Origin: an uncultured delta proteobacterium
Lineage (GTDB): Bacteria > Desulfobacterota > Binatia > UBA9968
DNA length: 64,000 nucleotides
Assembly: GCA_963737905.1 (NCBI GenBank)
Contig: CAVTUQ010000028.1
Location: 96,001-160,000 of the forward strand
Reading direction: 5' to 3'
Position numbers and translations under genes: made by a program. Every line of letters begins with the position of its first letter. Within the stretch, counting starts at the first letter, position 1. The notes under the pieces were generated by a model. It was not told the DNA's origin. It saw only the letters and a list, made by a program, of their open reading frames with translations, and searched no databases. Positions 60,078 through 64,000 of this stretch are shown here, one piece after another.

Positions 60078-60231
60078 CTTCAGCCGGCCTGAGCGATAAT
60101 CTCTATTCGACACCGCTGGTTTGAACGGCGGTTGACACGTCGGAAAACATCGCGATAAGTTTCGCCGCAAGCTGGATTGGATTTCCCGTGGGTTCCGACA
60201 GTCGGTTGCCGGTGCCGCAAAGGTGGACGCT

Positions 60232-60999
60232 ATGAACTTCATAGAACTTACGATGCCCTTGAGTCATCAATGGATGCCGGATGAAGTGTTGCCGACTTCG
60301 GTAAAGTTTTTCCTCGGTCCCAAAGACCATCAAGAAAAAGGAATCGTTGTGGCGAGCGATACAGGGACATGCCTGACTTTGCCATCGATGTTTGCGGATT
60401 ATCGTAAGACCACGCGGCTCGATGAACTGCCGGTTGAAAAGCTCGTTTTGCGGCCGACGACTGTTGCCGCCATCCCAAAGAGCCAAAAAGAAGAAATCAC
60501 TCGGACGGAGGTGGAAAAAGCCCTGGATGCCTCAAGGCCGGCAAAGGGGGACGCATTGCTGATCAGGACCGCTTGGGGCGATAGAACCTACCACGAGTTC
60601 GAGGGCGGTGCTTATGTCCTTCAAAGCCCGCATTTGTCCCTGGAGGCGGGAAGATATTTAAGCGCAAGGATGAAGGAGAATGAGAGCGACTTGTTATTGA
60701 TAGACACGGCGTTTTTGGGTCGGCCGGAACAATATTTGATCCCGGAATGGTGTTCCATGCTTCCGACGCCACCCGTGGAGTCCGGCGAGGCTCGGATGTA
60801 TTTACATCTCTACAATACCGACAAGGCCAAAGCGGATTTTGCCGTGGAGATGGAATTCGCGCGGCTCGGTATCATAACGGTGCGGAAGCTGGTCCACTGC
60901 GGACAGATCAAAAAGCCGAAGATCAAAGTCATTGTCGCGCCATTGAACATCGTGAGAGGCGTGGCAGCAACTTGCCGGGTCGTGGCTGTGGAGGATTAA
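60232..60999 (+). CDS. Divergent cyclase (kynurenine formamidase) family protein
   Basis: IELTMPL, TGT, LDELPVE, GDALLIRTAW and APL.I..G.A..CRVVA. Confidence 0.7.
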   Translation: MNFIELTMPLSHQWMPDEVLPTSVKFFLGPKDHQEKGIVVASDTGTCLTLPSMFADYRKTTRLDELPVEKLVLRPTTVAAIPKSQKEEITRTEVEKALDASRPAKGDALLIRTAWGDRTYHEFEGGAYVLQSPHLSLEAGRYLSARMKENESDLLLIDTAFLGRPEQYLIPEWCSMLPTPPVESGEARMYLHLYNTDKAKADFAVEMEFARLGIITVRKLVHCGQIKKPKIKVIVAPLNIVRGVAATCRVVAVED

Positions 61000-61005
61000 T
61001 TCACC

Positions 61006-61836
61006 ATGAGACTTATCGATCTAACGATGCCGATTTGGGAAGGGGCAGGCTACGGAGAGATTTTACCATTTACCAATTCCCCCGTGCGGCTTCTCGAATA
61101 CATGTTTTACGACCGGCACGGCGTGCGCATGACGAGAATGAAACTCGACGGAGAAACCGGCAGCCCGTTTATGGTTCCCCACCAGCGAAATCCTTTTGAC
61201 AACACGCCTCTGCAACCCAATCCAAAGTTCTCCTGGACCCTGGACGAAATCCCTCTCGAAAAACTCATCTTAAGGGACACCGTCCTTTTAGATATCAGAG
61301 CGGACGAAGGTCACGAGATAGCGCCCGCCGAGATGGAGACAGCGATAAACCGCGCCGACTATCAAAAAGGCGATGAGGTGCTGCTTCGCACCGGATGGGG
61401 AACGCGGCAACGGGCCTACGACCTCGGCATCGATTACTACAAGAGAACTCCCAGCATCCACTACGATGCGGCGGCCCTCTTGGCGGCAAAGATGGATGAG
61501 ATGGAGAGCTCCATCTTTATGACCGATTGTGGGCTGGTCAATCCTCCCAGGGTGCAGGGCAACAATTGGTTTCGCGGCGAAACGCCTTTGACTCCCCTCC
61601 CCAAACCTTGGCCCTCAACTGAAGCGCGCGAACGAGTTCTGGACCTCGGCGCCCATAAACACGGAAGCCCTCATCCCAGTAGCTACGGCGCATTGATCAA
61701 GAAAGCTATGGCAGGATGCAAGTGTTTAGTGGATTGCGATCAGATCGAGAAAACTCGTGTGAAGATGATTATCCTGCCGCTGCTGATCAAAAGAGGCGGC
61801 GCCTCGCCCTGCCGCTTCATTGCGGTTGAGGAGTGA
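61006..61836 (+). CDS. Divergent cyclase family protein
   Basis: LIDLTMPI, LDEIPLE, GDEVLLRTGW and LPLLIKRGGASPCR. Confidence 0.75.
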   Translation: MRLIDLTMPIWEGAGYGEILPFTNSPVRLLEYMFYDRHGVRMTRMKLDGETGSPFMVPHQRNPFDNTPLQPNPKFSWTLDEIPLEKLILRDTVLLDIRADEGHEIAPAEMETAINRADYQKGDEVLLRTGWGTRQRAYDLGIDYYKRTPSIHYDAAALLAAKMDEMESSIFMTDCGLVNPPRVQGNNWFRGETPLTPLPKPWPSTEARERVLDLGAHKHGSPHPSSYGALIKKAMAGCKCLVDCDQIEKTRVKMIILPLLIKRGGASPCRFIAVEE

Positions 61837-61886
61837 ACCATCTGATCCGAAATAGTCGCGGTACGACCTTCACGGCCCTCTGACGT

Positions 61887-63020
61887 TCAATCGCGCAAAT
61901 TATAAAGACGCGCGCAATTGTCCCATAGAATCTTGCGCCGGGACTGATCAGAGACGCCATCGATTTCAAGGAATGTGTTCAGCGCCTGCGGAAAGGACGA
62001 ATCTCCATGCGGCCAATCGGTTGAGATCACGATATTTTCGTCGCCGAGGGCTTTGATCGTGTCAACCACCAGCTCTTCGTCGGGATCCACGGACAAGAAG
62101 CACTGGCGGCGGAAGTAGTAACTGGGTGGATGCTTCAGCCCATAGCGCCGCTCATTGCCGAATTTCTCCCACCGCTCGTCGAGGCAATACAACCAGGAAG
62201 CGGCCCAGCTGCAAAGACCTTCGAGAAAGGCGGCCCGCAGTGTCGGAAACCTTTCAAAGACTCCCCCCGTAAGCATGGCGCCGAGGGCCAGCATCGACTC
62301 GATGGCGTGCCCTGAAGCATGAGCCAATGGAAAATTATCAAAGTAGCGAACGCCCACGTGACCGTGGTGCGCCAGATTGATACCGTGAAAAACAACCGGC
62401 ACGTTGAGATCAACGGCGGTCGCCCAGAGCGGATCATAATAGGGATCATAAAACGGGCGGCCTTTCACCTGATGATTGGGCAGGACCAGAGCGACCGCGC
62501 TTAGCTCTTTGACTGCACGGCGCGCTTCGATTACGGCCATCTCGACGTCATGTAACGCCATCTGAGCGGTGGGCAGCAGGCGGCTAGGATTTGCGTTGCA
62601 GAAATCGCGCAGCCAATTGTTGAACGCCCGGCAGATGGCGGCGGCGAGTTTAGGTTCGATGTCGTCCGTGCCGGTGGCATGAGCCGTGTAGGTGCGGAAC
62701 ACCACCCCGATGTCGAGTCCCTCCGTGTCCATCGCCTCGACCATATCCACCGGCGAGCTATGATCCTCCCCTTCGCGGCGGCCGAGTTTCTTGTATCTTT
62801 CTCTAGTCCGCGCGCGACGGATCGCGATGTCTTCCTGACGGCCGGGAAGGTTCGCTCGAACCGGAACCGGACGCTCGCCGATCTGCCACAACCCCTTCCC
62901 CGGCTCCGCCGGCCGCGGACCGTCTTTGACAAATTCCGGCTCAAGATAGCGAAGCCAAAGATCTTTGGGTTCGACGACGTGAATGTCGGAGTCGATCACT
63001 TTGAATCCTTGCTTGGCCAT
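61887..63020 (-). CDS. Amidohydrolase family protein
   Basis: IDSDIHV, YDPLW, GVFERFP.L, STDWPH.D and DNCARLY. Confidence 0.9.
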   Translation of the reverse strand: MAKQGFKVIDSDIHVVEPKDLWLRYLEPEFVKDGPRPAEPGKGLWQIGERPVPVRANLPGRQEDIAIRRARTRERYKKLGRREGEDHSSPVDMVEAMDTEGLDIGVVFRTYTAHATGTDDIEPKLAAAICRAFNNWLRDFCNANPSRLLPTAQMALHDVEMAVIEARRAVKELSAVALVLPNHQVKGRPFYDPYYDPLWATAVDLNVPVVFHGINLAHHGHVGVRYFDNFPLAHASGHAIESMLALGAMLTGGVFERFPTLRAAFLEGLCSWAASWLYCLDERWEKFGNERRYGLKHPPSYYFRRQCFLSVDPDEELVVDTIKALGDENIVISTDWPHGDSSFPQALNTFLEIDGVSDQSRRKILWDNCARLYNLRD

Positions 63021-63137
63021 TAAAGTTCTCCTTCAACGCTCCAATATTCGAGTATCTTCAAAAATTCGGCGACGAAATCAGCGCTGCCGCCAATCATTCC
63101 CGCGCATGCGAGAAGGGAATCCAGAACCCCTACTAGA

Positions 63138-63172
63138 TCTCCCCCTTTGCTAAGGGGGAGACAAAGAGGGGG
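63138..63172. repeat. REP-like hairpin
   Basis: tctccccctt-tgct-aagggggaga followed by agagggggt. Confidence 0.55.
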
Positions 63173-63210
63173 TCACAGCATGCAACGAAATCGAGGGGAT
63201 GCCGATTAGA

Positions 63211-64000
63211 TCACCGGATATTGAAGATCTCGTTATAGAGCTTCGTCGTTTCCTCGCCACTGGCAGCGGTCTCGATGTCCTGAACTACCCTTTTGAATCC
63301 CTTGAAAATGCGGGGCGGCTCGGCATCCACGCCGGTCCGGGCCGGCACTCGATGAAACGACCGGATCATTTCCTGGCCTTTCTTCGAGAGCACAAAATCG
63401 ATAAAGAGCTTTGTTGCGTTAGGATGTCTCGATTGCGCCGCAAGCATAATCGTATTCAACTGGACAAAGACCGGTTCCAAAGGCACCCAATCCACCGGCG
63501 CGCCCCGGGAGGCGAAAGTTTGTAAGGTATTGCCCGACGCGAGAGTCAGGGGAAATTCACCGGCTGCGACTAACTGAATCCTGCTCGACGGGGCACCCGC
63601 CTGGATGGCCGGGTCCTGCTTGGCGAGCTGCTCGAAATATCGAATCGCCCTTTCTTTGCCCCAGACTCGCATCAAGCCGGAAAGGATCAGGCTGCCATTG
63701 TCGCTGCCCAATGCGATTTTTCGGCCCCTCCACCTGGGATTTAAGAGCTCCTCATAGGTTTTCGGCAACTCGTCTTTTTTTACCATCTTAGTATTGTAGC
63801 CGAGAAACCACGGAATCACGTAAGCCGCGTGCCAATACCCTTCCTTGTCTTTCAGGTCATCATCATAAAAAGCCGCCTCGGGCGATACATAGCGGGCGAT
63901 CAACCCTCGTCTTTTGAGCGGCAAGACGCTTTCATCGTTGGTATTCAGTACGTCAAACAAGCCTTTTTGCGCTCTCGCCTCGTTCAGTATCTTGTTGATC
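63211..64000 (-). CDS. ABC extracellular solute-binding protein (5' end outside the window)
   Basis: YNTKMV..ELPKTYEELLNPRW, VAAGEF and HPNATKLF. Paralog of the 6179 gene. Confidence 0.85.
   Translation of the reverse strand, partial: INKILNEARAQKGLFDVLNTNDESVLPLKRRGLIARYVSPEAAFYDDDLKDKEGYWHAAYVIPWFLGYNTKMVKKDELPKTYEELLNPRWRGRKIALGSDNGSLILSGLMRVWGKERAIRYFEQLAKQDPAIQAGAPSSRIQLVAAGEFPLTLASGNTLQTFASRGAPVDWVPLEPVFVQLNTIMLAAQSRHPNATKLFIDFVLSKKGQEMIRSFHRVPARTGVDAEPPRIFKGFKRVVQDIETAASGEETTKLYNEIFNIR

Overview
This 64 kb window is GC-rich bacterial chromosome. Its gene content (many orphan ABC/Bug substrate-binding proteins, amidohydrolases, hydantoinases, a Mo-hydroxylase, toxin-antitoxin (TA) pairs) resembles Candidatus Binatota/deltaproteobacterial soil genomes, but that is inference. 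No rRNA, tRNA or CRISPR array was recognised. The main accessory block (12.4-22.3 kb, minus strand) is a type I restriction-modification locus: hsdM, hsdS, a low-GC PD-(D/E)XK protein, TA remnants, then hsdR. The HsdR carries a C-terminal Schlafen/AlbA_2-type domain with its putative catalytic residues intact. This is the best candidate for an undescribed defence system, possibly a restriction enzyme with a built-in RNase/tRNase back-up. Other highlights are a UGA/SECIS-recoded GrdB-like selenoprotein with an atypical partner, seven sigma54 -24/-12 motifs, a TA module flanked by 79-bp direct repeats, a duplicated hsdS 3' end bracketing the inserted nuclease gene, and several enzymes with remodelled active sites. 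Many single-base frameshifts (densest at 18.6-25 kb) look like sequencing indels rather than true pseudogenes. All family assignments come from motif recognition by eye; no database searches were run.
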